Source of the DNA: a virus
DNA: 36,939 nucleotides
Direction: 5' to 3' (one strand)
UHGV virus genome: UHGV-0114473
Shown: one piece after another, positions 20,658-29,750 of the stretch
Layout: each line of letters opens with the position of its first letter
Position numbering within the stretch: the stretch's first letter is position 1
Position numbers and translations under genes: made by a program
The notes under the pieces: model-generated
Seen by the model: only the letters and a program-made list of their open reading frames with translations
Told to the model about the DNA's origin: nothing
The model's database searches: none

Positions 20658-20831
20658 TAAATCCTGGTGTTTGTTATGACTGGCTCTTATCTCAACGCAG
20701 CCCCTTACCGCGCGCCAGATGCTCAATATCAAGCATCAGCAATGAGATGTTTAATCTGGATTCACTCCAGAAGTGATCACCACCCTGTCTACAGAGCCAG
20801 ATGTGAAGGATGATGAGTAAAATTATCGCTA

Positions 20832-21299
20832 TCATCGAAGGCATTGCGTCCTGATGTACTCCTGAAGCGTTCTCAGTGCTGTTTGGTCGCGGATAATTCC
20901 GTCCCGGACACCGAGAACGTTTCGTCCAGCAACTGGAGAGAGTTCGACGGTGGCATCATTGCCCATGCCGGAGGCGCTGGAGGTTTCGGCTGAGGATGGC
21001 ACAGGGCATTTTCCTTTGACGAGCACCCTGCCACCATTATCAAGCTTGCGCCGAAGAGCATCATTTTCAGCTTTCGCATCAGCTAACTCCTTCGTGTATT
21101 TAGCATCGAGTGCATCAGCAGTACGCTGGCGCTGCTGCATGTCAGTAATGGTGGCAGTCGCCTGCTTCAGCTCACTGACTTTTTTATCGCGCTGCTCTTT
21201 GTAGGCGATGGCGTTATCACGGTAGTGATTAACAGCCCATGACAGGCAAACGATGATGCAGATAACCAGAGCGGAGATAATCGCGGTTACTCTGCTCAT
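20832..21299 (-). CDS. Rz: Rz i-spanin
   Basis: N-terminus [31 protein letters not shown] matches lambda Rz (signal-anchor TM), then coiled-coil; follows the endolysin gene. Confidence 0.85.
   Translation of the reverse strand: MSRVTAIISALVICIIVCLSWAVNHYRDNAIAYKEQRDKKVSELKQATATITDMQQRQRTADALDAKYTKELADAKAENDALRRKLDNGGRVLVKGKCPVPSSAETSSASGMGNDATVELSPVAGRNVLGVRDGIIRDQTALRTLQEYIRTQCLR
20873..21079 (-). CDS. Rz1: Rz1 o-spanin lipoprotein (embedded in Rz, +1 frame)
   Basis: [21 protein letters not shown]… with lipobox LIMVAG|C and a Pro-rich segment [11 protein letters not shown], like lambda Rz1. Confidence 0.8.
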   Translation of the reverse strand: MRKLKMMLFGASLIMVAGCSSKENALCHPQPKPPAPPAWAMMPPSNSLQLLDETFSVSGTELSATKQH

Positions 21300-21772
21300 A
21301 CCTCAATCTCTCTGACCGTTCCGCCAGCTTCTTTGAATTTTGCAATCAGACTGTCAGCCTTATGCTCGAACTGACCATAACCAGCGCCCGGCAGTGAAGC
21401 CCAGATATTGCTGCAACGGTCGATTGCCTGACGGATATCGCCACGGTCAATCATCGGTAAAGCGCCACGCTCTTTAATCTGCTGCAGTGCCACAGCGTCC
21501 TGGCTTTTGGGAGAGAAGTCTTTCAGGCCAAGCTGCTTGCGGTAGGCATCCCACCAACGGGAAAGAAGCTGGTAGCGTCCGGCGGCTGTTGATTTGAGTT
21601 TGGGGTTTAGCGTGACAAGTTTACGAGGGTGATCGGAGTAATCAGTGAATAGCTCTCCTCCTACAATGACGTCATAACCATGATTTCTGGTTTTCTGCCG
21701 TCCGTTATCAGTTCCCTCTGACCATGCCAGCATATCGAGGAACGCCTTACGTTGATTATTGATTTCCACCAT
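21296..21772 (-). CDS. R: Endolysin (lytic transglycosylase), lambda R
   Basis: 158 aa; [51 protein letters not shown]… is essentially lambda R as recalled. Confidence 0.95.
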   Translation of the reverse strand: MVEINNQRKAFLDMLAWSEGTDNGRQKTRNHGYDVIVGGELFTDYSDHPRKLVTLNPKLKSTAAGRYQLLSRWWDAYRKQLGLKDFSPKSQDAVALQQIKERGALPMIDRGDIRQAIDRCSNIWASLPGAGYGQFEHKADSLIAKFKEAGGTVREIEV

Positions 21773-22079
21773 CTTCTACTCCGGCTTTTTTAGCAGCGAA
21801 GCGTTTGATAAGCGAACCAATCGAGTCAGTACCGATGTAGCCGATGAACACGCTCGTTATATAAGCGAGATTGCTACTTAGTCCGGCGAGGTCGAGAAGA
21901 TCACGAATGAACCAGGCGATAATGGCGCACATCGTTGCGTCGATTACTGTTTTTGTAAACGCACCACCATTATATCTGCCGCGAAGGTACGCCATTGCAA
22001 ACGCAAGGATTGCCCCGATGCCTTGTTCCTTTGCCGCGAGAATGGCGGCTAACAGGTCATGTTTTTCTGGCATCTTCAT
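21756..22079 (-). CDS. S: Holin, lambda S (class I, dual start)
   Basis: 107 aa; [63 protein letters not shown]…, near-identical to recalled lambda S107/S105. Confidence 0.95.
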   Translation of the reverse strand: MKMPEKHDLLAAILAAKEQGIGAILAFAMAYLRGRYNGGAFTKTVIDATMCAIIAWFIRDLLDLAGLSSNLAYITSVFIGYIGTDSIGSLIKRFAAKKAGVEDGGNQ

Positions 22080-22321
22080 GTCTTACCCCCAATAAGGGGA
22101 TTTGCTCTATTTAATTAGGAATAAGGTCGATTACTGATAGAACAAATCCAGGCTACTGTGTTTAGTAATCAGATTTGTTCGTGACCGATATGCACGGGCA
22201 AAACGGCAGGAGGTTGTTAGCGCGACCTCCTTCCACCCGCTTTCACGAAGATCATGTGTAGAAGGCCGCAGCATAACTATCACTGATGAATTCAGGATAG
22301 CCATTGGCTACGGCTCAGTTA

Positions 22322-22397
22322 TGGTGCTGGTTAACGGACTTGAACCGCTACCCATTCGCTTACAAGGCGACTGCTCTACCATTGGAGCTAAACCAGC
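22322..22397 (-). tRNA. tRNA-Thr (anticodon UGU)
   Basis: Hand-folded cloverleaf of the minus strand: GCTGGTT acceptor, GCTC/GAGC D-stem, anticodon loop CTTGTAA, T-arm AGCGG-TTCAAGT-CCGTT, 3' AACCAGC-A-CCA. One A·G at 27-43. Confidence 0.7.
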
Positions 22398-22402
22398 ATG
22401 TT

Positions 22403-22477
22403 TGGCGGGACAGCGTGGACTCGAACCACGATAAGAAGGTTAACAGCCTTCCGTAATGACCTTTATACGACTGACCC
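22403..22477 (-). tRNA. tRNA-Asn (anticodon GUU)
   Basis: Hand-folded: GAAGG-CTGTTAA-CCTTC anticodon arm, CGTGG-TTCGAGT-CCACG T-arm (same as the E. coli tRNA-Asn loop), discriminator G + CCA. One U·U mismatch in the acceptor stem and one in the D stem; 4-nt variable loop. Confidence 0.6.
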
Positions 22478-22481
22478 AAAG

Positions 22482-22539
22482 AAAAAATCCCGAAACAGTT
22501 CGCAGGTAATAGTTAGAGCCTGCACAACGGTTTCGGGAT
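22482..22539 (-). terminator. tR'-like terminator of the late leader (6S) transcript
   Basis: Minus strand: AATCCCGAAAC…GTTTCGGGATT long hairpin followed by TTTTTT. Matches the recalled lambda tR' region almost base for base. Confidence 0.75.
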
Positions 22540-22674
22540 TGCATTTTGCAGACCTCTCAGCCTGCGATGGTTGGAGTTCCAGACGATACGTCGAAGTGAC
22601 CAACTAGGCGGAATCGGTAGTAAGCGCCGCCTCTTTTCATCTCACTACCACAACGAGCGAATTAACCCATCGTT
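22482..22674 (-). ncRNA. Lambda-type 6S late leader RNA with qut region (PR' to tR')
   Basis: About 193 nt between the predicted PR' start and the tR' T-run, as in lambda (194 nt). Sequence resembles lambda …GGGTTAATTCGCTCGTTGTGGTAGTGAGATGAAAAGAGGCGGCGC…. Confidence 0.55.
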
Positions 22675-22680
22675 GAGTCA

Positions 22681-22709
22681 AATTTACCCAACTTTATTCA
22701 ATAAGTCAA
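22681..22709 (-). promoter_or_regulatory. Late promoter PR' (Q-dependent antitermination site downstream)
   Basis: Minus strand TTGACT (rc of 22704..22709), 17 bp, TAAATT (rc of 22681..22686), immediately downstream of Q. Confidence 0.7.
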
Positions 22710-22751
22710 TATCATGCCGTTAATATGTTGCCATCCGTGGCAATCATGCTG

Positions 22752-23375
22752 CTAACGTGTGACCGCATTCAAAATGTTGTCTGCGATTGACTCTTCCTTG
22801 TGGCATTGCACCACCAGAGCGTCATACAGCGGCTTAACAGTGCGTGACCAGGTTGGTTGGGTAAGGTTGGGTATTAGCATCGTCACAGCGCGATATGCTG
22901 CGCTTGCTGGCATCCTTGAATAGCCGACGCCTTTGCATCTTCCGCACTCTTTCTCGACAACTCTCCCCCACAGCTCTGTTTTGGCAATATCAACCGCACG
23001 GCCTGTACCATGGCAATCTCTGCATCTTGCCCCCGGCGTCGCGGCACTACGGCAATAATCCGCATAAGCGAATGTTGCGAGCACTTGCAGTACCTTTGCC
23101 TTAGTATTTCCTTCAAGCTTTGCCACACCACGGTATTTCCCCGATACCTTGTGTGCAAATTGCATCAGATAGTTGATAGCCTTTTGTTTGTCGTTCTGGC
23201 TGAGTTCGTGCTTACCACAGAATGCAGCCATTCCGAATCCGGCTTGTGATTGCGCCATCCCCATAGCAGCCATCACATCAGTACCGGAAAGAGAGTCAGA
23301 AGCCGTAGCCCGTGGTGAGTCGCTCATCATCGGGCTTTTTGGCGAATGAAATTTAGCTACGCTTTCGAGTCTCAT
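22752..23375 (-). CDS. Q: Late-gene antiterminator Q (lambda type)
   Basis: 207 aa; MRLESVAKFHSPKSPMMSDSPRATASDSLSGTDVMAAMGMAQSQAGFG… with the CRDCHGTG…CGRCKG zinc-binding motifs; matches recalled lambda Q. Confidence 0.95.
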   Translation of the reverse strand: MRLESVAKFHSPKSPMMSDSPRATASDSLSGTDVMAAMGMAQSQAGFGMAAFCGKHELSQNDKQKAINYLMQFAHKVSGKYRGVAKLEGNTKAKVLQVLATFAYADYCRSAATPGARCRDCHGTGRAVDIAKTELWGRVVEKECGRCKGVGYSRMPASAAYRAVTMLIPNLTQPTWSRTVKPLYDALVVQCHKEESIADNILNAVTR

Positions 23376-23560
23376 CGTCTTCCCCTCTTGCCCTGTTTGA
23401 CCATCAGGACGCCGTTAACTATTACATGACGCTCACCTTTGCTGTCTCTGTTGTACTTGAGCACTGTTCCTCTTGCACAGGAAAGCCTCCTCGCCACTTC
23501 GGTCTGATTGCCTCGTGTCTGGATAAGAAGTTCTGGTATCGTTTGAATTGTGGCGTTCAT
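23372..23560 (-). CDS. ninH: NinH-like protein
   Basis: 62 aa; …IPELLIQTRGNQTEVARRLSCARGTVLKY… resembles lambda NinH; position upstream of Q. Confidence 0.75.
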   Translation of the reverse strand: MNATIQTIPELLIQTRGNQTEVARRLSCARGTVLKYNRDSKGERHVIVNGVLMVKQGKRGRR

Positions 23561-23919
23561 ACGTTCTCCAGTTCGGTGATTTTTATTCCAAGCCTTCCGC
23601 CTGGTACTTTCACACCACGAATTACGCGAATGTCATCGAATTGCTCGTCGTCTTCCGCAAATCCGGCGTGGATAAGGGAGTCGAGTAAACCTTTCAGGAT
23701 GTTGTCGAGGTCGCGGCGGCGGGAGTCTGGAACGTCTGCGATGACTTTGATACGGAGTCGTGATTTGGTGAAAATGTCTAACTTGAGTTGGCGAATGATT
23801 TGCTGAACGTCTTTTCGGTATTTCTGGCCTTTATCGCTGATGTAGTATTGGCTTCCCCGTCTTCGCCAGTAGGTATTCACCGACGGCGGGTAAGGAAGCA
23901 CAAACTGATATTCGTTCAT
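23557..23919 (-). CDS. rusA: Holliday-junction resolvase RusA
   Basis: 120 aa; …LPYPPSVNTYWRRRG…IADVPDSRRRDLDNILKGLLDSL…GGRLGIKITE matches the RusA pattern. Confidence 0.85.
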   Translation of the reverse strand: MNEYQFVLPYPPSVNTYWRRRGSQYYISDKGQKYRKDVQQIIRQLKLDIFTKSRLRIKVIADVPDSRRRDLDNILKGLLDSLIHAGFAEDDEQFDDIRVIRGVKVPGGRLGIKITELENV

Positions 23920-24206
23920 GGCTTAATCTTCCCCTCCTTCAGCAGTATCGCCTGCGTCCTGATCACGCCTTCGAGGTGGTAAAGTCTGGCGTCTTTGTTG
24001 TCGAGGTTATGGGTGCGTCGGTCGATTTCATCGTGACACGCGCTACAAGCCCATGCGCCGATCAGGTCGTCAGGCTTCATTCCCGTTCCGCAAATTCCAG
24101 CCATCCGGTAATGTGCCAGAACTGTAGTTTCAGGATTGCCATTGCATACGCCGTAAATACGTACCTGGCATTCTCTGCCGCGTGCTTCTTTGCGTAGATT
24201 AGCCAT
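23916..24206 (-). CDS. ybcO: YbcO-like DUF1364 putative nuclease
   Basis: 96 aa; RGRECQVRIYGVCNGNPETTVLAHYRMAGICGTGMKPDDLIGAWACSACHDEIDRR resembles DLP12 YbcO; precedes rusA as in DLP12. Confidence 0.65.
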   Translation of the reverse strand: MANLRKEARGRECQVRIYGVCNGNPETTVLAHYRMAGICGTGMKPDDLIGAWACSACHDEIDRRTHNLDNKDARLYHLEGVIRTQAILLKEGKIKP

Positions 24207-24928
24207 TAAGCAGCCTCCCCGGTTACTTTCAGCATTCCGTTATCGAGCAGCTTTCTGGTCAGCCACTGTTGACCACGCCCGGTGATTTTTGTGGTGAACG
24301 ATATCTGTATTCCGTGATTTGTGTTGACCGCTGTTTCTTTCACTGTGAAATAGCCGCGATCCATATATTCCTGCATTGGCACATTGCGCCGGGAACCTGA
24401 AGCAATAAGGATTTTGTGATCGCGCATCCACGCAAACAGTTTGTTTGGACCAATTCCAACAACCTTTGCAAAGTTTCCAATCAAAATTCCGCTGGCCTCG
24501 CCAACGCGATCGGCAAACTCAACTTTAGGTGCGGCAATTGCGAGCTGGTTTTCCAGTTGCATTTTCTGCTCAGCAAGATCAGCAGCAAGGCGCAACGCTT
24601 CTGGTAGCGTTTTGGGGATATTAACCGCAGCTTCTTCAAGCTCTCGCCAACGGTCAACAAGACGAGCGGTGAATTCCGGCGACAACTGAGCGACGACAAT
24701 AATGCTGTCTCGCTTACCTTGTTCGCCCTCAAAAACGTAAGCCTCTACGCCACGAAGTAATCCTAAGTTATTGATTTTTTCGAAAACCACCATTGGGGGA
24801 TTTCGGATCACACCTCGAGCCGCCAGTCGTTCAATAGATTGTTTCACCTTGTCATGACGACTTCCCACCAACTCAGCGATTTCAATGCTTGTCATTTTGA
24901 TGGCATTGCCATTTATTAACTCATTCAT
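24206..24928 (-). CDS. Rha-family regulator / antirepressor with C-terminal KilAC-like domain
   Basis: 240 aa; N-terminus [35 protein letters not shown] (Rha-like HTH), C-terminal half typical of phage antirepressors. Confidence 0.65.
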   Translation of the reverse strand: MNELINGNAIKMTSIEIAELVGSRHDKVKQSIERLAARGVIRNPPMVVFEKINNLGLLRGVEAYVFEGEQGKRDSIIVVAQLSPEFTARLVDRWRELEEAAVNIPKTLPEALRLAADLAEQKMQLENQLAIAAPKVEFADRVGEASGILIGNFAKVVGIGPNKLFAWMRDHKILIASGSRRNVPMQEYMDRGYFTVKETAVNTNHGIQISFTTKITGRGQQWLTRKLLDNGMLKVTGEAA

Positions 24929-25091
24929 CGTCTTCTTCCTCGTACATTGAGCTATTCGGATCGCTCATCAGTTCTGCGCAGCAATCGGAGCACACGTGAA
25001 CTTCCAGTACATGCAGCTTCTGACCGCAGTTAGCGCACGTTAAAGCCCGCTCGACGCTTTCTTGTTCGTAACTTCGATTTGGGTCAATCAC
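24921..25091 (-). CDS. ninF: NinF-like small zinc-ribbon protein
   Basis: Below ORF-track threshold: GTG-initiated 56 aa …[46 protein letters not shown]; stop overlaps the Rha ATG. Confidence 0.6.
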   Translation of the reverse strand: MIDPNRSYEQESVERALTCANCGQKLHVLEVHVCSDCCAELMSDPNSSMYEEEDDE

Positions 25092-25270
25092 CTTGTTTTC
25101 CTCGCACGTTCTCTAAGCCACCGGATATCCCACAGGTGAGCCGTGTAGTTGAAGGTTTTTACGTCAGATTCTTTTGGGATTGGCTTGCGTTTATTTCTGG
25201 AGCGCTTCGTTGGAAGGTATTTGCAGTTTTCGCAGATTATGTCGGTGATACTTCGTCGCTGTCTCGCCAT
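25088..25270 (-). CDS. ninE: NinE
   Basis: 60 aa; [60 protein letters not shown] matches recalled lambda NinE. Confidence 0.85.
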   Translation of the reverse strand: MARQRRSITDIICENCKYLPTKRSRNKRKPIPKESDVKTFNYTAHLWDIRWLRERARKTR

Positions 25271-25410
25271 ACGTCCTCCTTTTCCTGCGGTAGTGGTAAA
25301 ACTCCTGTTGGTGTTCTTTCACACCGGAGACACCATCGATTCCAGTAAGGTTGATTTGGTCTGAAGCGGTTATCTTCTTTGCATTCACCGCACCGATCAC
25401 ATCGCATCAT
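25237..25410 (-). CDS. ninD: NinD-like zinc-ribbon protein
   Basis: Start chosen at [34 protein letters not shown]… (57 aa); its ATG overlaps the ninB stop (ATGA). Confidence 0.6.
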   Translation of the reverse strand: MMRCDRCGECKEDNRFRPNQPYWNRWCLRCERTPTGVLPLPQEKEDVWRDSDEVSPT

Positions 25411-25847
25411 GCTGCCCGGTCTCCCCATCGCGCTTTCCATTCCAGAGCCAGTCGCGCTTCGTCTGACCACTTAACGCCACGCTCTGTACCGAATGCCTGT
25501 ATAAGCTCTAATAGCTCCGCAAATTCGCTTACACGCATCCTGCTGGTTGACTGGCCTATTACCACAAAGCCATTCCCGGCAAGGTTAGGAACAACATCCT
25601 GCTGCTTTAATGCTGCGGTAAACACACACTTCCAGCTTTCTGCATCCAGCCAGCGACCATGCCATTCAACCTGACGAGAGACGTCACCAAGGCAAGCCCA
25701 AAGCTTTCGATTCTGGTCTAAGCTGCGGTTGCGTTCCTGAATGGTTACTACGATTGGTTTGGTTGGGTCTGGAAGAATTTGCTGTACCGCGTGAATAGCG
25801 TTTTGCTGATGTGCTGGAGATCGAATTTCAAAGGTTAGTTTTTTCAT
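25407..25847 (-). CDS. ninB: NinB (Orf family recombination mediator)
   Basis: [73 protein letters not shown]… matches recalled lambda NinB; GGAGAGGGA Shine-Dalgarno. Confidence 0.9.
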   Translation of the reverse strand: MKKLTFEIRSPAHQQNAIHAVQQILPDPTKPIVVTIQERNRSLDQNRKLWACLGDVSRQVEWHGRWLDAESWKCVFTAALKQQDVVPNLAGNGFVVIGQSTSRMRVSEFAELLELIQAFGTERGVKWSDEARLALEWKARWGDRAA

Positions 25848-25920
25848 GACTTCCCTCTCCCCCAAATAAAAAGGCCTGCGATTACCAGCAGGCCTGTTAC
25901 AAGCTCAGTGATGTAGATGG

Positions 25921-28314
25921 TCATACGTCAGCCCCTTGTGCATATCGTCTGCCACGTGCAGCAGGTGCATTTGATGTTGTGCAAATCTGTCTGGCTTCAT
26001 CCTGGTCACATGCAACAAAGTGTCCGTTGCAGAACCGCTGGTAAACCGTACCAAGCGAGCCAAAACGGTTTTTTGTCACAATGATTTCAGCAAATGGCGC
26101 GGCGCTACTGTTCTCGTCATATACCGCTTCCCGATAGAGCATGATGATTGAGTCTGCGTCCTGTTCAATGCTTCCTGAATCACGCAAATCTGCGTTTGTC
26201 GGGCGTTTGTTTGGTCGCTTCTCAACATCGCGCGAAAGCTGACTCAGGGAGATAACAGGCGTTTTCAGGTCTTTCGCCATCGCCTTCAGGCTTCCGGAGA
26301 TGTGAGCAATTGCGAGATCGTTGCGATCTGCTTTAGGCTTCTCAATCAGGCCAAGATAATCCACCATGATGAGTGACAGGTTTGGATTTTCCTGTTTATG
26401 CCGTTCTGCGATTGAGCGTATTTCTTCGACCGATAACCGAGAGGCATCGACTACCCATACATCCAAATCTGCAAGCTGACTCATGCCGTTAGCAACACGC
26501 GCCCAGCCTTCGTCATCCATCGATGCAGGATTTCGCAGTACGCTAACCGACATCCTCCCGGCGTTGGCAATGCTTCGCTCTGCAATCTGCAATGCGCTCA
26601 TTTCCATTGAGAAAATCAATACCCCGCGCCGGACGTCAGAACCAGGAATAACGCGGCTTGCCACGCCTTCGGCAATCTTCAGCGCCAGTTCCGTATTGTG
26701 CGTAACGATGTAATCCGTTGTCACATAGAGATGACTAGGATGGCTTACCATGATGCAGAGACACTCTTCTGGCTCAACAACTTCAACCGATTTGATACCC
26801 ACACCAAGGTTACCAAGCCTGTTAATCCCGAGATTTTTACGTAAACGTGGTGAGTGAATTTGCTCTATCAAAGATGATGGCAACTTCATGCTGACCATGT
26901 GTGCGTCAAGTCCGGCATGCTTCTCTCCTTTGTACGTGTAAACTATTCCCGTCCTGCTGGATTCTTTGGCGGTTCCACCTAAAGATCTAACAAGCCTTAC
27001 TAATCCTTTAGCTAATTTCTGACTTGATGAACTAAAGCGGATGCATCCGGACTTCTCAACCCAGCCATCTGTCTCGAGCAGGCCAGTTAAAACACCGGTA
27101 CGTATTTCTTTGCTAGCACTAAAAATTTCTTCTGGGATTTCCTTCTCGGACGCACCTTTCCCGATCACCCCAATGCCACGTAGTTTGTCCAATAGTGGGT
27201 TCTTCTGGCCTTTTTGGTTACTTATCAAATAATCATTCTCTCCTACCTTAACCAGTCGCAGTGGTGCAATTGCATCACTCATGCGGCTCAGGACATATTC
27301 TTCCGAGTTGGTGAATTTGATGCCTTTTATCAACGAACCGTCACCAAGTAGAGCCCCAATAACCCAACCATCAAGGGGAATATTTTTACCAAAGTCTCCG
27401 GTCAAGGATGGCACTCTTATTCTTCCCTGATAACGTGTTTTTTGTAGCATCCCAGCCAGCGCATCAGTATCAACAACGCGTTTACCAGTAAATCTTGATG
27501 ATGAAATTTCCCATAAGTGGTTGTCGGCACATTTCACGCTACGTCCGTCTTCAAAGGTGACTAAATATGTGAATTTCTTCCCTTGCGGGAAGACGCCAAT
27601 TACCTCCGAAGGAAGCCCGTCTATTGACGCGATGCGATCGCCAATTTTGACTTCTCCGTGAGTAGTCCAGGTGCCATCTGCAAGTAAAATCCCTTCGCTT
27701 AGCGCCATTGCTTTCCCCATACCAGGACGAGCAGCGATTATCACAAGGTCTTCTGCGTTCATCCCTCCGGTGATGGCATCAAGTTCTTCGATTCCGGTCT
27801 TCAGGGTATCTGACTCTTCTCCGTTCCTCAGACGCCTGTCAAGCGTGTCAGTGTAGTCAGTGATGATTTCCCCTAACCGCACCGGTTTAACCTCGTCACG
27901 GGGCTTTCTGATGGCTGAGAGACGCTTTACAAGCTCATCCATCGCCTGACTCGATGCGTCGATGGTTCCGCTCCGAATTGGTTCACGCATTTCATCCATG
28001 ATTTCCAGCACCAGACGGCGGTGATAGTTATCCGCGACCATTCCGGCATATCCCTTCAGGTTTGCGGCACTCGGGCAGTTTTTGCTGGTCATCAGGATTG
28101 ACGTGAAATGCTCCTCTCCGCACTCCTCGGCAACCAGCAGCGCGTCGATTAGGTTTCTGTTTCTCGCCTGCTTGCGGATAACCTCGAAGGCTTTTCTGTA
28201 GAGCGGAATTGAAAACGCTTCCGGCTCAAGCGTTGCCAGAACGTCACTGGCGGTTGGAGTTAATCCACCAATCAGCAAGCCACCGATAACGCTCGCTTCG
28301 ATATCCTGTCTCAT
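25921..28314 (-). CDS. DnaB-like replicative helicase (P22 gene 12 type) interrupted by an intein
   Basis: Exteins total 458 aa (201 + 257), the size of P22 gp12. The Walker A is split as …ARPGMGK[339-aa insert][10 protein letters not shown]…; C-terminal DnaB motifs ([31 protein letters not shown]) are intact. Confidence 0.85.
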   Translation of the reverse strand: MRQDIEASVIGGLLIGGLTPTASDVLATLEPEAFSIPLYRKAFEVIRKQARNRNLIDALLVAEECGEEHFTSILMTSKNCPSAANLKGYAGMVADNYHRRLVLEIMDEMREPIRSGTIDASSQAMDELVKRLSAIRKPRDEVKPVRLGEIITDYTDTLDRRLRNGEESDTLKTGIEELDAITGGMNAEDLVIIAARPGMGKAMALSEGILLADGTWTTHGEVKIGDRIASIDGLPSEVIGVFPQGKKFTYLVTFEDGRSVKCADNHLWEISSSRFTGKRVVDTDALAGMLQKTRYQGRIRVPSLTGDFGKNIPLDGWVIGALLGDGSLIKGIKFTNSEEYVLSRMSDAIAPLRLVKVGENDYLISNQKGQKNPLLDKLRGIGVIGKGASEKEIPEEIFSASKEIRTGVLTGLLETDGWVEKSGCIRFSSSSQKLAKGLVRLVRSLGGTAKESSRTGIVYTYKGEKHAGLDAHMVSMKLPSSLIEQIHSPRLRKNLGINRLGNLGVGIKSVEVVEPEECLCIMVSHPSHLYVTTDYIVTHNTELALKIAEGVASRVIPGSDVRRGVLIFSMEMSALQIAERSIANAGRMSVSVLRNPASMDDEGWARVANGMSQLADLDVWVVDASRLSVEEIRSIAERHKQENPNLSLIMVDYLGLIEKPKADRNDLAIAHISGSLKAMAKDLKTPVISLSQLSRDVEKRPNKRPTNADLRDSGSIEQDADSIIMLYREAVYDENSSAAPFAEIIVTKNRFGSLGTVYQRFCNGHFVACDQDEARQICTTSNAPAARGRRYAQGADV
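26695..27711 (-). mobile_element. Intein with LAGLIDADG homing-endonuclease domain inside the helicase P-loop
   Basis: In-frame 339-aa insert between GMGK and T. It ends …YIVTHN before Thr+1 and carries two LAGLIDADG-type motifs ([15 protein letters not shown] and [11 protein letters not shown]). The first residue appears to be Ala. Confidence 0.75.
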
Positions 28315-29132
28315 GCAATCCCCCTGTCTGCAAACTTCCCTTCCCGAACTCCCGTTAACGAATCTTCTCTCAGCAAGTAATCAAAATCAGCCGTCCAGCC
28401 CGTGTCGTTGTCTCCGAAGTAAAACGGCTTGGCCTGATGTACAAACGCCCTGACATACGCTCTGAAACCGTCCACGTTTGGCGTTTTCAGTTGTGGGATG
28501 ATTTTCTTCAGGCGGCGTTTGCGTTTCTCGTTGACCGCAACAGCGTGTGGAAGTCTGTCACCGACTTCGGTGTTGTAGGCGTTCAGGAAGGATTCGTAGT
28601 CGATTCGTTCTGCCTTGCGACGTTCAGGTTTAACCTGCCCATCGCCGCCCCCGTTAGGGGGTAAGGGGGTATTTGTATTTATTGTCTTTTGTATATTGTC
28701 TTTTGTGTTTAGCTGACTTGGCTTATACCCATTAGCCGACTTGGCTAATGTTTTATTAGCTGTTTTAGCTAATGTTAAGCTGTCCTGGCTAATCCACTGC
28801 GAAACCACCTTGTTCACTCCGATTTTCACGCCATCAGCAATGAGGAATTTACGCTCAATAAGCTGGCGCTTGGCAGCGCAAACATGAGTGTGATGAATAC
28901 CTGTCATGGCTGCTATCTGCGTGTTTGTGAGTCGATCCATCGGCTTATTGAATCCGTATGTCTTGCGCATGATAGCGAGCATCACCTTCAACTGCCGGAC
29001 GGTTAAATCAGCCATCAGCAGACTGTCGGTAATCTCGTTAGCAACGCGCATGAAACCATCTTCGGTATCTGCCACGCGATGCTCCACGACCTCCAGTTGA
29101 GGCCTGTAATCAGCTAACTTAACGACGCCCAT
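28311..29132 (-). CDS. O: Replication initiator (lambda O / P22 gp18-like)
   Basis: 273 aa; N-terminal DNA-binding region, low-complexity linker that encodes the iterons, C-terminal domain; directly upstream of the helicase with ATGA overlap. Confidence 0.7.
   Translation of the reverse strand: MGVVKLADYRPQLEVVEHRVADTEDGFMRVANEITDSLLMADLTVRQLKVMLAIMRKTYGFNKPMDRLTNTQIAAMTGIHHTHVCAAKRQLIERKFLIADGVKIGVNKVVSQWISQDSLTLAKTANKTLAKSANGYKPSQLNTKDNIQKTINTNTPLPPNGGGDGQVKPERRKAERIDYESFLNAYNTEVGDRLPHAVAVNEKRKRRLKKIIPQLKTPNVDGFRAYVRAFVHQAKPFYFGDNDTGWTADFDYLLREDSLTGVREGKFADRGIA
28644..28800. repeat. Origin of replication: four ~17-bp iterons plus AT-rich region, inside the O gene
   Basis: Direct repeats AGCTGACTTGGCTTATA, AGCCGACTTGGCTAATG, AGCTGTTTTAGCTAATG, AGCTGTCCTGGCTAATC at 20-24 bp spacing (28711..28794), next to the AT-rich run 28671..28710 and the palindrome CCCCCGTTAGGGGG. 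Confidence 0.6.
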
Positions 29133-29280
29133 GTTTCACTCCTGCTTTGGCTAGTCTGTAAACACCAACAAGGCGCTCTGCGAACGCCCTGTTATTTGCT
29201 GCGGCTACCACTAATCCCTCAGGTGAATCAGGGTGTCGAATCTCTTCTTTTTCCTGGTATTTCTTACGACGTTTTGTCAT
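29119..29280 (-). CDS. Small basic hypothetical protein (53 aa) between cII and O
   Basis: ATG with a GGAG Shine-Dalgarno 6 nt upstream; [53 protein letters not shown]; 3' end overlaps the O start. Confidence 0.4.
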   Translation of the reverse strand: MTKRRKKYQEKEEIRHPDSPEGLVVAAANNRAFAERLVGVYRLAKAGVKHGRR

Positions 29281-29312
29281 AATTACTCCTGTGGATTGAT
29301 CCAGTAATTCCC

Positions 29313-29609
29313 TCAGAATTGCATATCAATTTGCTTAAAATCCTCGGTGGCAGCCGGGGATTTTTTCTTTGTGATTTCATCAAGCGCATACTTAAAAGCC
29401 CTGCTAATCGGACTGATGTCTGATGCCATTCCGAAAGCACACAAGACCGAAGCAATAAACCGCCAGTCCGTTCTGCTTATCTTCGATTCATGACAGCCAA
29501 TCATCTTTGCCAGACCGCGCTGTGTAAGCGTTGACAGGTTGATGAGTAAATCTGTTTCTGCGCGATCAACGTCGCGCTGTGATAGTTTGCTGTAACTTGT
29601 TCGTTCCAT
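29313..29609 (-). CDS. cII: CII-like transcriptional activator
   Basis: 98 aa; C-terminus …KKKSPAATEDFKQIDMQF parallels lambda CII …KKRPAATERSEQIQMEF, with an HTH in the middle; position cro-cII-O. Confidence 0.8.
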   Translation of the reverse strand: MERTSYSKLSQRDVDRAETDLLINLSTLTQRGLAKMIGCHESKISRTDWRFIASVLCAFGMASDISPISRAFKYALDEITKKKSPAATEDFKQIDMQF

Positions 29610-29694
29610 TTCTTAAGATTTCCAATAGTGAATAGTTAGTTGAAAGGTATGCGTGGAAACGCATATGGCCTTAGTTGGTCAGATATCTTGGGAC

Positions 29695-29740
29695 TCGCTT
29701 TTCAGCGACGTAGGACGAATGTCCGTTATTACAAAGAGCG
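29695..29740 (-). promoter_or_regulatory. nutR-like site (boxA + boxB)
   Basis: Minus strand CGCTCTTTGTAA (boxA-like, rc of 29729..29740) followed by TCGCT-GAAAA-AGCGA hairpin (rc of 29695..29708), just downstream of cro. Confidence 0.55.
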
Positions 29741-29750
29741 GCTCCGCTTA

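Noticed and set aside
20491-20658. 55-aa plus-strand ORF in the Rz-T5orf172 spacer
   Set aside because: Weak ribosome-binding site, overlaps a minus-strand terminator hairpin, and opposes the late operon; probably spurious.
29264-29455. 63-aa minus-strand ORF
   Set aside because: Out-of-frame overlap with the well-supported cII gene.
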